Shown: positions 13,617-25,581 of the stretch, in pieces
Position numbering within the stretch: the first letter of the stretch is position 1
Layout: the number at the start of each line of letters is the position of its first letter
Assembly: GCA_047495785.1 (NCBI GenBank)
Contig: JBLDXI010000054.1
Coordinates: 2,294,001-2,358,000 of the forward strand
Length of the DNA: 64,000 bases
Direction: 5' to 3'
Origin: Lepidodermella squamata
Lineage: Eukaryota; Animalia; Gastrotricha
Notes under the pieces: model-generated
Told to the model about the DNA's origin: nothing
What the model saw: the letters and a program-made list of their open reading frames with translations, nothing else
Database searches by the model: none
Made by a program: the position numbers and the translations under genes

Positions 13617-14152
13617 CTCGGCCACAAACTTGTTTATTAAAAAGTCTTAACTGCCCAAAATGATCTTGAATCTTGACTCTCAACAGTTTCTTTAATGTCT
13701 GATAGCAAAATCTCGAACACAACATGTTTTAACATTCGTTTGATCAAAGCGTTCTTTTTTAATAAAATCACAATTTTCCAGTCACTTTTAATTTTCAAAG
13801 TCCGGAATCAGGCTCAAAGCAATCTTCTCGTAACTGTGGAAATCTTGGGATGAGCATATTCATTGAGGATTAAGCATAGGCTAAATCCTGTCTAACAGCC
13901 GCTGTATCAATGTGAATAATTTGACTTTGATGGAAACAGATCATCGAGTGACTGTTTAGAAAAACAGCACTCTAGAGTTGTTTAACCTTGAACAGAAATC
14001 GGACTTATTTACACGCGTGCTGTGCATGAACAGCGTGACAACTGGTGCAATTACAAAATTAGCCATCTTACATTGCACTGTGAGGTGATGTTTAAAATTC
14101 ATATAACTTCAATAGATTCAATACTCAAGAATCATTCGCATTAAGCGTTAGC

Positions 14153-16551
14153 ATGCTGTCAAATTTGCTGGCCGTAACAGCCATTTTCTTCATTGTTACT
14201 GATATCAACTTAGCCATCCTAACTAAACCTTATCGCATGTCAGTTCTCGAGTTGATTGCTTTCACGGGAAATCCGCCTGCAAATGGTTATGCCTGCCAAG
14301 TTGCATCTCAGATCGCTGTCGACATGGCTAACAACCGTTCAGACTTCCTACCAGATTATCACGTCGAAGTCCAGTTTGAAGACGAAATAGCTGGTCTCGC
14401 CGCTGCTCGTGCAACAGCAGCTTTCAGTCGAAGCTTTGAAAATGAAGGACGGCCAAACGAATTTCAATCTCCAGTTATAGCTGGGCCAATATTTTCAAGT
14501 AGTTGCAAATCGATCGGGCCTATTCTACCACATTTATCGTCCGTTGCAATTTCCATTGGATGCTCAGCCCCGTTTTTGACTAATCGCAATATTTACAAAA
14601 ATCTGTACCTGATGCGGTCAACTGGCGGGGTCCTTCTGTTCGCCCAGATGCGGCTCATCAAAGAAGTTGGTAAATGGCAACGCATTGGAATATTAGGCAA
14701 CGCAGGCAGTGCTTTTGATTACTCTTACGCTGCTTTACTTCAAAAATACGCCAGCGAGCAGGCGAAAGTTTCCATCTCTTACTTTGACATTGTCTTGGAT
14801 ATGGATGATGAGTATATGGTAGCTTTGAAGCAAAGCGACACGAGAGTTGTGGTGATTTCGATATCGATTGCAAGATTGATTTGGCGATTTCTGTGTCAAA
14901 GTTTCAAGTTTGGAATCACTGGCCCAAAATATGTTTTTGTGTTGTTAGGAGTGGCATTCAGCGATCCCATGATGCTTAGTGATCCAGTCTTCCCTGGATG
15001 CCCCAGAGCTGTTGCTATCGAACAAATGAAGGTAGGTTTTTGTGTTCGAGATTTCGTATGCAATTTTATAATTTTTCCTCTATCTCTAAGTTTTCATACT
15101 GGACCGCTCCAGTTCAATTTACAGATGAGCCAAACGTCCCATCCCATCTCGGCTACAGTTTGAACGAATTTGACGCAACTTTCGACCGATATACCAACGG
15201 AGTACGACCTTATGATTATGAAATACGACTCCTGTGCCACGACACCATGCTTCAAGGCCTAATAACCTTAGATAATGCCGAAAAAATGCTTAACAGTCGC
15301 TATAACATGTCATTACGCAACTTACGAGACCAGCCAGCATTGGTTGGTCGTATCGTCAATCAGTCAGCTATTTCTGTAGATTACATGGGCCTTAGAATGG
15401 GCCGTATGCGCTACAACAATCGTGGTGAGGTTGATGCTGATGTTCAAATGGTCAGTTATTGGACTCCTGAATCGAAGCTGCAGTATATATTCACAATACA
15501 TCAGTACCTGAACGGATCTGCGTACTCCTACGACAGCTATTGGATGAAGAAGCATCGAGAACCTATTTGGGTAACAAAGAACGGCATGCCTCCTAAGGAT
15601 CGAGTTCAAGTTGTGGAAATTATCAATGAAATTTCAACCGGTCTTTCGTACACTCTTATTTCCCTATTCTCGTTGAGCTTCATCACTCAGCTTTGTTTGG
15701 GTTTCAAGCTTCGTATTGCTATTAAATCGCCTCAGATGTTTGGTATTTGGATTCTAAACTTAGCTGGCATGGCATATTCGATTCAAACGAATCTTGCTCC
15801 AGAAATTCTGTGGAAGTTCCGAATTATACTTTTGGCACTTTCTTTCGCGCTGGTTAATGGCTCCTCAAATCTTCGCGCATTTTTTCTGCTACTTAATTCT
15901 TGGTTCGATTCGAAAAAACCAACTCAGCGTTCGCGCAAGAACACGAAAACCTCGCACGTGCAGCCAACCACCACTAACGAAACTAATCAAAGCACCTTCG
16001 ACACGAGATCACCACGCATCCCTTCGTCGCTAGAAGTAATGATCAACACCGAAATATTCCCGCATCAAGTTACTAGTTTAGCTAATTTGGATTCTCCACT
16101 GAATTTCGCGTGGACTTTGATTTTTGTGTTAATTAACGGGGCTATTTCTGGATTTTGGCTCTTAGGCGATCCGCTCATATGCTACGTATCCAGAAATCCG
16201 CCGGTGCTAAATGAAGCGGAAGACACTGTTGTACTGGTGTCATCGTGGGTATGTCAATCGAAAAATTATCCATCTTGGGTGGCTGGGCTCATTAGCCTCA
16301 ATCTGTCCGTAATGGCTATTGGGACCTTTTCAACCTTAAAGATGAGATTCAACGGATCTTTCAAAAATATTCCGGAATTTACTCTAACGTCATTGTCTAT
16401 CTTGAATTTAGTGACATTTTTTGTCGGAACACTTCTGATCGTAGTAGTTTTGAGAGATATAGTGGCTCAGGAGATTACCATAGCTTTTGCTACTCTCATT
16501 TTATCATCTTCGATGTTCTGGATGTCATTGTACATGAAGATCAAAACGTGA
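14153..16551 (+). CDS. GABA-B-like class C GPCR (Venus flytrap domain + 7TM), divergent
   Basis: Signal peptide, then AVDMANNRSDFLPDY, GP..SS.C, KFGITGPKYVF (ANF-receptor VFT motifs). One intron near 15032-15090. Seven hydrophobic segments including W...DPL and PE; no cysteine-rich domain. Confidence 0.8.
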
Positions 16552-16707
16552 TAGTGGCAACAAATATGAACTAAACTAAGACGAAATAAAACCAAGTCGT
16601 TCCGATGATCGCGTGTCGCAACAAGCTTACATGTGTTGCAAAAACCTGCACTTTGACTGCTGACATAAAACAAGAGTATCTAATAGTAGAATTAGAACGT
16701 CGTGGAA

Positions 16708-19700
16708 ATGAGCACTATTCTGTTTCTGTTAGTTTTACCTGCCGTAGTGAGTGCTTTTTCTACCTCCGATACGGTTTCAGTGCCTGATTCGATTCAGAAT
16801 GATAACACCATTATTGCTCAAATTGTGCCATTGATACAAGCAGATTCGATTGCAGATATCAAGGAAAAAGTTCGGTCGTTTTTGGTCAATACAACGTCAC
16901 TAGCGTCTCGGCAGAACTCAACCGGCGATACATTGCTCCACGTATCGGCCTTTTATGGGGCTTCAAAAACTTTCATGTTTCTCGTCAGTGAACTTCAAGC
17001 TGATATTACAGCTAAAAACAACAACGGTGAATTGCCAATCCATATTGCCTGCCTAAATGGTCACTTGGAAATTGTGAAATTCCTCTTGCAAGAAGCAGCA
17101 AAATCGAACTTCGCACTAGGCCAAATGATTGATGCCAATCAGAACGACAATCAAACGCCATTGTTTTACGTCGCCAAATCTTTGTCGTCAAATGCTGGGG
17201 ACATTGCTCGGTTGCTACTTCGAAATGGTGCTGACAGGTACCACATGGATTTAAACGGCGAATTCCCACTTTCATACGCGATAAGAAGTGGCAATAAATT
17301 GGAAGATATTCTCGTAGGCGACATTGAAAAGATTCAGGAAAGAGCTGCACGCCCGAATTCGTTTTCGACATCACATCTGATAGCGGCGACTAATTATGAA
17401 GCGTTTCTGAATAATCACCTCAGTTTAGTGACCTTCGACCCGTTTGCCTTAGATGAGAGCGGCGACACTCCGTTATGTCTGGCTGTGAGAAAGGGCCACC
17501 CCAGTTTCATAAAGAAGTTCCTCGAGAAACGACCGGCTATGGCTAAATTGAATGCGATGAAGTCGACAACATGCCAGTATAATGTCAATAATCGTGATTT
17601 ATTAACAAAGTCTAAAGGTAGCGGATCTTTGATGCATTTAGCAGCTCATCTACGCTTGGCGAATTTTGTCGACCTGATGCTATGGGGCAAAATGGATGTA
17701 CCAGTCGATGATACGAATGGTGGCAACCCAATTCATGCGATGGCTCTTTTATCGGATGAAAATGCCCGGAAATTGAACATCACCGAGATCCATAGTGAAG
17801 CAATTGCCAGGCGGATTCTCGCAGTTGCGCCTGAGTTACTGGAAGGCAAGGATAGCTTTGGCCGGACACCATTTCTCACAGCTGTTGCAGAGAACTCGCT
17901 GTCTTTTGTGAAAATGATTTCGAAATTCGATTTTGGTTATCAAGCTACCGACAACCGTGGTTACTCAGCGTTACATCTCGCCAAATCTGTGGATATGATC
18001 GATTATTTATTCGAGCATTCTTTCGTCGAAAATGTTAACGTTCCATCTAGGCCGGTTAACAATTACGAAGGTCCGAAAAACATGACCCCATTATTGGTAG
18101 CTGTACTAGAGAGGAAGCCAGTGGAATTGGTGCAGCATCTTGTTTCATCTCGAGGCGCGAATTTGTCTGCTAAGAACAGCTTTGGCCAGAATGCTGCCCA
18201 TTTAGCAGTTGAGGCGAACAACTCAGCGTTTTTAGAAAGATTCGGCGGATCTATCGATTTGAAGAGCCGTGCCGTAAAAGGGAGCACTGCATTGCTAGCG
18301 GCGATTCGAGCCAATCTTACCGATTTGGTTGGAACGCTGCTAAAAATTGACCCGCAGCTAGTTAAGCTTGATAATTCGATTACTGGCAATAATGCTCTTC
18401 ATTTGGCTGTTTCAACACGGAATCTCGAGATTCTACAGTGGATTCTAGCTGTCCCAGGTTCTGACGGTTTAATCACCCAACGGAATAAGGAAGGCATGAC
18501 TCCAGTTGATTTTGCTTTTTCATCGGGCTCTTCCGAAATCATCCTAACTCTACTTCAGCTCAAGCCGGGAATCATCTTCGAGTTTGACTCGTTTGGTCGC
18601 CCGGTAATACATCAGGCCGCGACTTGCTTCAACAACGGCGTTGAGACGGTTGACACCCTGTTATCTGGGCTTGATCCCGATCGACTTGAAACAGCATTGA
18701 AAAGGAAAGATCAGCTCGGCAAGACTTTACTGTGGCTTGCGGTCGAACAAAACTGCGTTCCATTGGTTGAATTATTGCTCGGAAAATTCAACGTGTCTTG
18801 TGAAGCCGATGAAGATGGAAATGAACCCCGGCAGTGGGCGATGGCTGCTGGCTTCAGCAAGTTGGCTGAGTTACTCTCAAAGTTTGACCAATGTTCTGTT
18901 GCATCCGAGCAGAGTGCTTGCGTGAGCGAAAGGAGCGAATTCTCTACTTTTAAAGGTAATTTTAGATGTGATACCTACGCCAAAACTATATGTAATTCAC
19001 TCTTGTTAGCTCTAGTGCCAAGGCCGAAGAGAGTTCTGAATGGGAAGATCAAGTATGCAGGAAAAGACTGTCCTGGCTTAATTATTTGCGACGAAGGCTA
19101 CACGCTGATTGGGTCTGCTAAAGTTCGGTTTGTATCGCGCTCCAACTTCTGGACAATCACCGGCCATTGTGCTAGAGGTTTGTCTCTTGATTCATCTTGG
19201 ATGGCTAATTAGTGAATTTCGATTACAGTATGTCAAGACGAAATACCAGTTCCACCTAACGCCCTGATTGAAACAGAGACGACGATGAAATCGCACGCTC
19301 CAATCGCTTCGGTGACCTTTCAATGCTTATCTGGTTACCAGCTTGAAGGTCCTAATACAATCAATTGCCTCGAAAATGGCACGTGGTCTCAAGCTGGGTC
19401 TTGCGTTCAGCTCAGTAAAATTTCTACAGTTGAATGACTATTTTTCAATTCTTCTTTTAGCTTGCATTGATCAATTATCGATGCCACCAAATGCCGTCAT
19501 GGAAGATTTTCCCGATGTCCCGGCTAGTCTTGGAACCACTGCTTCTTTCCAGTGCTTCCCTGGTTACGAGCTTCATGGTTCGAATACGATGGTTTGCACC
19601 GATACTGGCTCATGGTCTGAGCCAGGTGAATGCATCGAAGGTACGTGATGCACTGGAATTTTGTTCCCTACCTCATCTCTTGATCCTAGTGAGTGCGCAA

Positions 19701-20402
19701 GGGTGCGGTCCTGTGCCTGAAGTGAAAAATGGGCGAGTTGATTCTGCGAGTGACGAATTCATCTTCGAAGTTGGAACTATGATGCAAATTCAATGCGATG
19801 AAACTTACGAAATTCAGGGCGCGAGCTTCGTCGTATGTACTTCTAACTTCACGTGGTCACCGCCGGGTAACTGCGTTCGAAGAGGTATTACGGCTTCTTT
19901 TATCACCATTCGAAAGTGAATAAATCGTTTTCAGAATCTTGCGCTGTCCCTGAGATTATGAACGGCAGAGCTGTTAATTTGGAAGGCAATGAGCTTACAA
20001 TCAATCAGTCTGTGGCGATTGATACTGCTATTATTCTTCAGTGCCATCCCGGGTACGACGTTTTTGAAGGAGCCTTAGGATCGATGTGCCGAACTGACTC
20101 GACGTGGACCCCTGCATTAGGCCGCTGCATTGAAATCGTAGGTGGCTCGAATGCGCTTTATTCAAAGCCTTAACCCGTTATTATTTCAGACAACATACGA
20201 AGATTCCTCACGTTCATTTGTGCCGAGTGCGGATAGCATGTCGAGAATGACGAACTTCAAAGTACTTCGAGAGCGAAAGTCTCAAGTGGCTCTGAATACT
20301 GGAGCGTGCAACAACCTGCTAAACACCGAACACTTCATTTACCTAGTTTTGTTGCCATTATCTCTTGTTAAATTTATGAATTTTCTAATGTCGCTTCAAT
20401 AA
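16708..20402 (+). CDS. Paralog 4: signal peptide, about 18 ANK, 5 CCP and a hydrophobic (GPI-like) C-terminus; appears intact
   Basis: Signal peptide MSTILFLLVLPAVVSA. Exons 16708-18955, 19010-19177, 19229-19414, 19461-19640, 19690-19884, 19935-20137, 20190-20402. Ends ...NTGACNNLLNTEHFIYLVLLPLSLVKFMNFLMSLQ*. Confidence 0.88.
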
Positions 20403-20742
20403 ATTTTGTTACCGCCATTTTCTTGTCTGGATTTGAAGATTAGAGTTTATAGTACATAGTACATAAAATGAGCCATGTAGGGACGACTCCATTACAATAT
20501 CACTCAATGAGTGATTGTTTGGAAACGTAGTACTTTCAGTTACTTTTATCTCTCTTTTTGCCTTTTACAAAATAAGGTGGCCAAATATAAATGAGTCTTA
20601 AATCAAAAGCTGATTAGGTATTCATTCTTATCAAAAGTGGCAAACAAGTAGTTTAACCAACGATAACCAACGATAATACCACTAAATGTAGCTCATTGTT
20701 TTCCAACCGTCTCTGAAAAAGGGAAGTCAGGTCACTTGAACA

Positions 20743-21634
20743 ATGGTCAGCTTTAAAATTCTCAATAGCTTCCGATTTCTAACATTTTGTCTTTGCTACT
20801 AAATCAGGATTGCTCGGTGTGCTTCGAGAGGTACGATTCGTCAGCTCGCATCCCAAAAAGCATGCCCAATTGCCCCCACACGTTCTGCTTACATTGTCTG
20901 AATCAGATGGTTCGAAGCAGCGAAATCATATGCCCAGAATGCCGAATCAAAAACCCTGTCGGACGATCAGGAGTGAAAGGTATATTACACTCCTTAAATT
21001 TGTACATGGAAATTGCAAGCTTGATCATTAGATTATCGCACAAACATATCGATTCAAAGAGTTATCGAGCAGATGCAAGAGAGAGAAACACCAGTAGCGT
21101 CACCTAACCAAACCACTGGCTTAAGACCATTAGCAAATACCGTTTCTGTCACGGCTCCGGCTGCTTCTGCAAAATCTTCCAACTTCGTTAGAGTTACATC
21201 AACGGTGCAAGCACCTGGTTCGGGACCAAAAGTCGTTATTAACGTCGCTGTAAGAAATCCTCAGCTGCAACAGGCGCAAATTATTGGACCGGGGTGTAGT
21301 ATAGCCTCGACAGCTCGAATCGAGCCCGGCGCTCGGATCGGCACAGGTTGCAGAATCGAGGACTACGTTGTCGTTAAAACTGGGGCTACTGTCGGAACTG
21401 GCGCAAGCGTCAAATCAGGTGCAGTTATCGACAACGATGCTAGTGTTGGAAGTAAGGCTTCTTGGTTTGACGATATAACCTTAATAATAAATTATATCGG
21501 CAACAGCAGGAGCAAATATCGGTAGCCAGGCCCATGTATCAACTGGTGCTAAAATCGGAACGGGAGCTGTTGTCGCACCTGGGGCGAGAGTGCCACCCTA
21601 TTTCGAACTCTCAACTGGCAGCGTTTTCAGATAA
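20743..21634 (+). CDS. RING-finger + hexapeptide-repeat (left-handed beta-helix) protein
   Basis: Spliced M|DCSVCFE...CPHTFCLHC...CPECR (RING-HC), then IGPGCSIASTARIEPGARIGTGCRIEDYVVV...VGTGANIGSQAHVSTGAKIGTGAVV hexapeptide repeats. Three short GT-AG introns; TAA at 21632-21634. Confidence 0.8.
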
Positions 21635-22351
21635 TTCATCCTCTCGAAAAGCATTGTTTCAGACGAAAACAGCAATAAATCAGAGTTACTTTTCAAATAG
21701 CTATAGCAACCGAAAATTCAAAAAAGGAAACTGGATTTTGGCCTATCGTTCATTTTTATGTTTTCGAACCGACTTGACCCCTCAAATCAACTAAATTAGT
21801 AACTGGGATATTACGTGAGTAAATACGGTTCATGTTTGGCCGTCAGTTTCTGATAACGAGTCTTATACACTTCACTACCACTATCGACCAGCGGCCTTTG
21901 ACAGTTGACGGGGAATGTTATATGAACATTGATTTGATGAAAATTATATAATTTTGCCTCATGTCTGTTTCCAACCCAATTAGGTTGAAGACAATCACTG
22001 CCCGGTATGTATTGATGAACTGATGACGCTAATGAACTCAAGGCTATGATCACACGTGGTCATTTCGCTGGGATGACCGGCTCAGGACACCCTGCCCATG
22101 TCAAGATGACCGAACCGACTGGCCTCTGAGCGCCGTCGCATGCATCGATAGTTATGGCTATCAATGACGTCAGATGGAAGCTAAAATAGCTGCTAATTAC
22201 GCTTGCTTACGTCAGGCATATGCCGCTAACTGAGATTTTGAGTAGTAATAGGAAGTAGGAACGTCATCACCATCTTCGCTTAGCATAGTAGTTCCCCATA
22301 AGATGTGTCTTGATCTCGCGCACAAGTTTAATTTATCCAAAAAATAAAAAG

Positions 22352-25338
22352 ATGTTAAGAAACCTATCCATTCTCGCCTGCCTTACCGCTTTCTTGCTGA
22401 AATCAGCGTGCTTTTCCGTACGAGCGAAATTGAATATGACCGAGCCCCTTCCGGCGCTAGTCGTTTCACCACGTGAGGAATCTACGAATCGGACGCTCAT
22501 TAAAATAGCAGCAAGTCTGACTTACAGCGGGCTGTTTGGATCTGGGCCACTCTGTACTGTCGCAACGACCTCGGCGTTCGATAATCTGAGAAAACAGACC
22601 AACTGGCTACCTGATTACCACATTGGGTTCGAGTTTTTCGACGATGTTGTAAGTTTGCAAGGGTTCAACTGCGCTTTATAGCTTTCTAATTTCCTTAAGT
22701 GTGATAACGGACCGGCTTTCAATGGGCTGATGCAGCGAATTCGAGCGAGTGACACTGCTGAGAATCAGTTCCCACTCGTGTTGCTCAGCGAGTGCATCGA
22801 CCAGGCTCAAATTCTGTCTAGTATGGCCTTGCAGTACGTAGACTTCATAGGCGTAAGTCGGAGAGTCCTGAATTAGTCCAAATTCACTTACTATTCTTAA
22901 AAAGATGGCCGGTCTGCCGTTGATTATCGAGCAAGTTAGCGACAGGCGTCGCTATCAAAATTTCTTCGCTTTCGGGGAACAACCGGATTTCTACTACCCA
23001 GCACTGGTGCAGTATCTGTTGGCAATGAACTGGCGAAAGGTTGGCATTTTATCCGAGACAGCGATGTATTTTACACTGGTAAGTTAATCTGTTCATAACT
23101 ATCCGTTAAACGTAAATTTTAACTCTTGCGCTAATCAGATGGACAACTACCTGGGCAAGCACTTGGACGATCGAGGCATCCAGCTGCTCTACCTGGAGAA
23201 GATCGATTTCAGCATTAATCTTGATGGCTACACTCTTGAGGAGTTCGCATCACGTGACCCTCGTATTATTATCGTTCAGGTGTATTACGGAACCTTAGCA
23301 GCGTGCATTCTACACCGTGCAGGTTTCCACGGGCCCAAGTACGTGTTCTTCTTCTACGGCTGGGACAACATCGGCAAGAGCCCGGAGGTGCCGCCCGAGG
23401 CTGCGGATTGGTGCACGCAGGAGATGATTCTACAAGTCGCCGCCAGTGTCATTCGATACACTGATACCAACTGGAATATGGTGTATGGACCCAATTTCAC
23501 GGATTCTACTGGGCAGTCGATGGATGGCCTGAAAAATACTCTGCAGCAGGAGATCAATGACCCTGAATCAAGGATAAGCTATGACTACTGGCCGGAGCTG
23601 TGCTACGACAGGGCTGTGGCAGTTGGCATAGCCCTGAATTTGACTGAAGCTGAATTGCGAAAAAGTGAGCCACTTTCCCCGATTTCCAAATGTTCATCTT
23701 CCAAGTCGAAAATTGAATAGGAAACCAAACTCTGTCGCAATGGTTCACTAATACGAAGCTGTTTCAATCGCAGGGTAATGAACTCGCGAGTTTGATGAGA
23801 AGCGTAATATCCGCCACTGAATTTGTCGGTCTGAAAGCAAATTACGCATTCGATGAGGCAACAGGCGAGTCCAAGACAAAATTCCCAGTTACTTTTAGCA
23901 AAACCGTGGTTCAAGGCAACACGAGCTACTACGTCCCAGTCGCTTTCGCGGTGCCAGCCGGCGGGGCGAACAAACGACTCGTTGCGTCGCAATTCGCGGC
24001 TGCCAACTGGCGAACTACCGGAAATGTCCCGCCTGTAGATTCGCTCAAAATAATCCGTGTTCTAGAGATGCCGGTGCCGTTTGCAGCCAATATTGTTCTC
24101 AAAGGTAGGTTTTACAGTTAATACTACGAGTGAGATAAAAAAGCTACCACCTGCATCTTTTGCAAGCCTTAATATAGGTTTTTGTCATTTTTTGCAATTT
24201 TGAATATTTTTTCCCATTTATTTTTGCATGCAGTTATTGGTTGTATGCTTTTCATTGCTGTGATCAGTTGCTTTATCGCGATACGTAACGTAAGACATTC
24301 CGACCTTTCTGACAGCGTCAGGAGCAGCCGACAGCGACTAGCGAGAGTGTCGCGCGATAAATTGCTGGATCGATCACTGATTGTACTCGGAAACGCCCTC
24401 ATTCTCGCAAATGTCCTTGCTATTCCTATCGACGCCTCCCCAAGCATTGCCGGTAACTGTATAGCTAGCGCTGTTCTCAGCCAATTAGGCTTCAGCCTCG
24501 CTCTGTCTAGCGTCGCAACTCTGATGAGCCGCGAATATCGCCGGAAAGGCTCACTGTTGACTCCACTGCCTGTCAACTGGCTGAACCGAACACTTCACCT
24601 GAGAGCTGGCTTCACCTTGTCTTGGTCACTGCTACATGCGGTCTTGATGACTATTGCCTTGGTGATTTCACCGATCCGAGTCGCGAGCGTTGAGCTGCCG
24701 CTTCGATCTCAAGCGTCCGACTACAACGTCGCGATATCACCGCACAGGTTCGACTGCGACTGGTCGCTGCTTTTCGACGCTACGCACGGCCTGGATCTAC
24801 TGGGACTTTCTATTTGCCTGCATTCCCTACTCATTTTACACCTGATCCACCTAGCGCTGTCTATGCTTCGATTTCAGGCAAAAGTGGCCAAGAAGAAATT
24901 CTTTGCAGCGGCCGTACGTCAGCTTATTACAGTAAGTTCAAATCAGTTTTAGGTTTCACGGCTTTGGTCATAGAATGTGGGCCTGAAAATATCCTTGTTT
25001 CGAGGATACAAATCTTGTGTCTAATTCTCTCTAATTTTCCGACTATTCTCTTTCCTTAAGCATATCGGCAGAAATATCATGTTTCTCTCTTCTTTCAGAT
25101 CACAATTATGACAAGGACCTCTTTTCGACGCGTATTTGAGGCGCGAAAAAGGCTGAACAGAGGCAAGGAGATGCCGGCTAATTTTGTTTTCTGCGCTAGT
25201 ATAACACTAATCGCAGGTGTGCTCGTTGGTCTCGTCGACTCGAGCAGCATGCCGCATTTGCTGATCACGCAGGCCGTCACCTCGCTAGCCTTCGTCGCTC
25301 TCAGCCTCGGTCTGCTTTTCGCTCCAATGCTGTTTTAA
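22352..25338 (+). CDS. Second divergent GABA-B-like class C GPCR, multi-exon
   Basis: Signal peptide MLRNLSILACLTAFLL; WLPDYHIGFEFFDD, MNWRKVGIL, DPRIIIV, GFHGPKYVF, W.T.GNVPP.D. TM exons at about 24232-24930 and 25099-25338 end LLFAPMLF*. Confidence 0.75.
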
Positions 25339-25581
25339 ATCATAGCGTGCCCGGCGCCCAATAAACGATTGTCAATGACTACTAGTACACAACATGCAAC
25401 TATCTTTAGGCAAATTATATCTATATCGATAATAAAAAATACAAATCCGAGCTTTTCAACATCTCTCAAATTTTATTCACCTGAAAGTGCTCGCGAATGG
25501 TATATGCTTTTTGATTGTAATCAGGAGTGGTAAAAAAAATCAGAAAGGGTGTAAATTACTAAGCATCTATCCCGCAGTGCT

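Noticed and set aside
9852-16551. Idea that the sushi exons splice onto the GABA-B-like receptor, as in GABA-B1a
   Set aside because: Paralog 3 continues through ANK exons to its own stop at 13616, and the receptor has its own ATG and signal peptide.
18956-19009. ORF track reads through this segment as coding
   Set aside because: It is a 54-nt GT-AG intron at the same position as intron 1 of paralogs 1 and 3.
22165-22172. TGACGTCA CRE-like palindromes here and near 28637
   Set aside because: An 8-mer is expected about once by chance in 64 kb; no supporting evidence.
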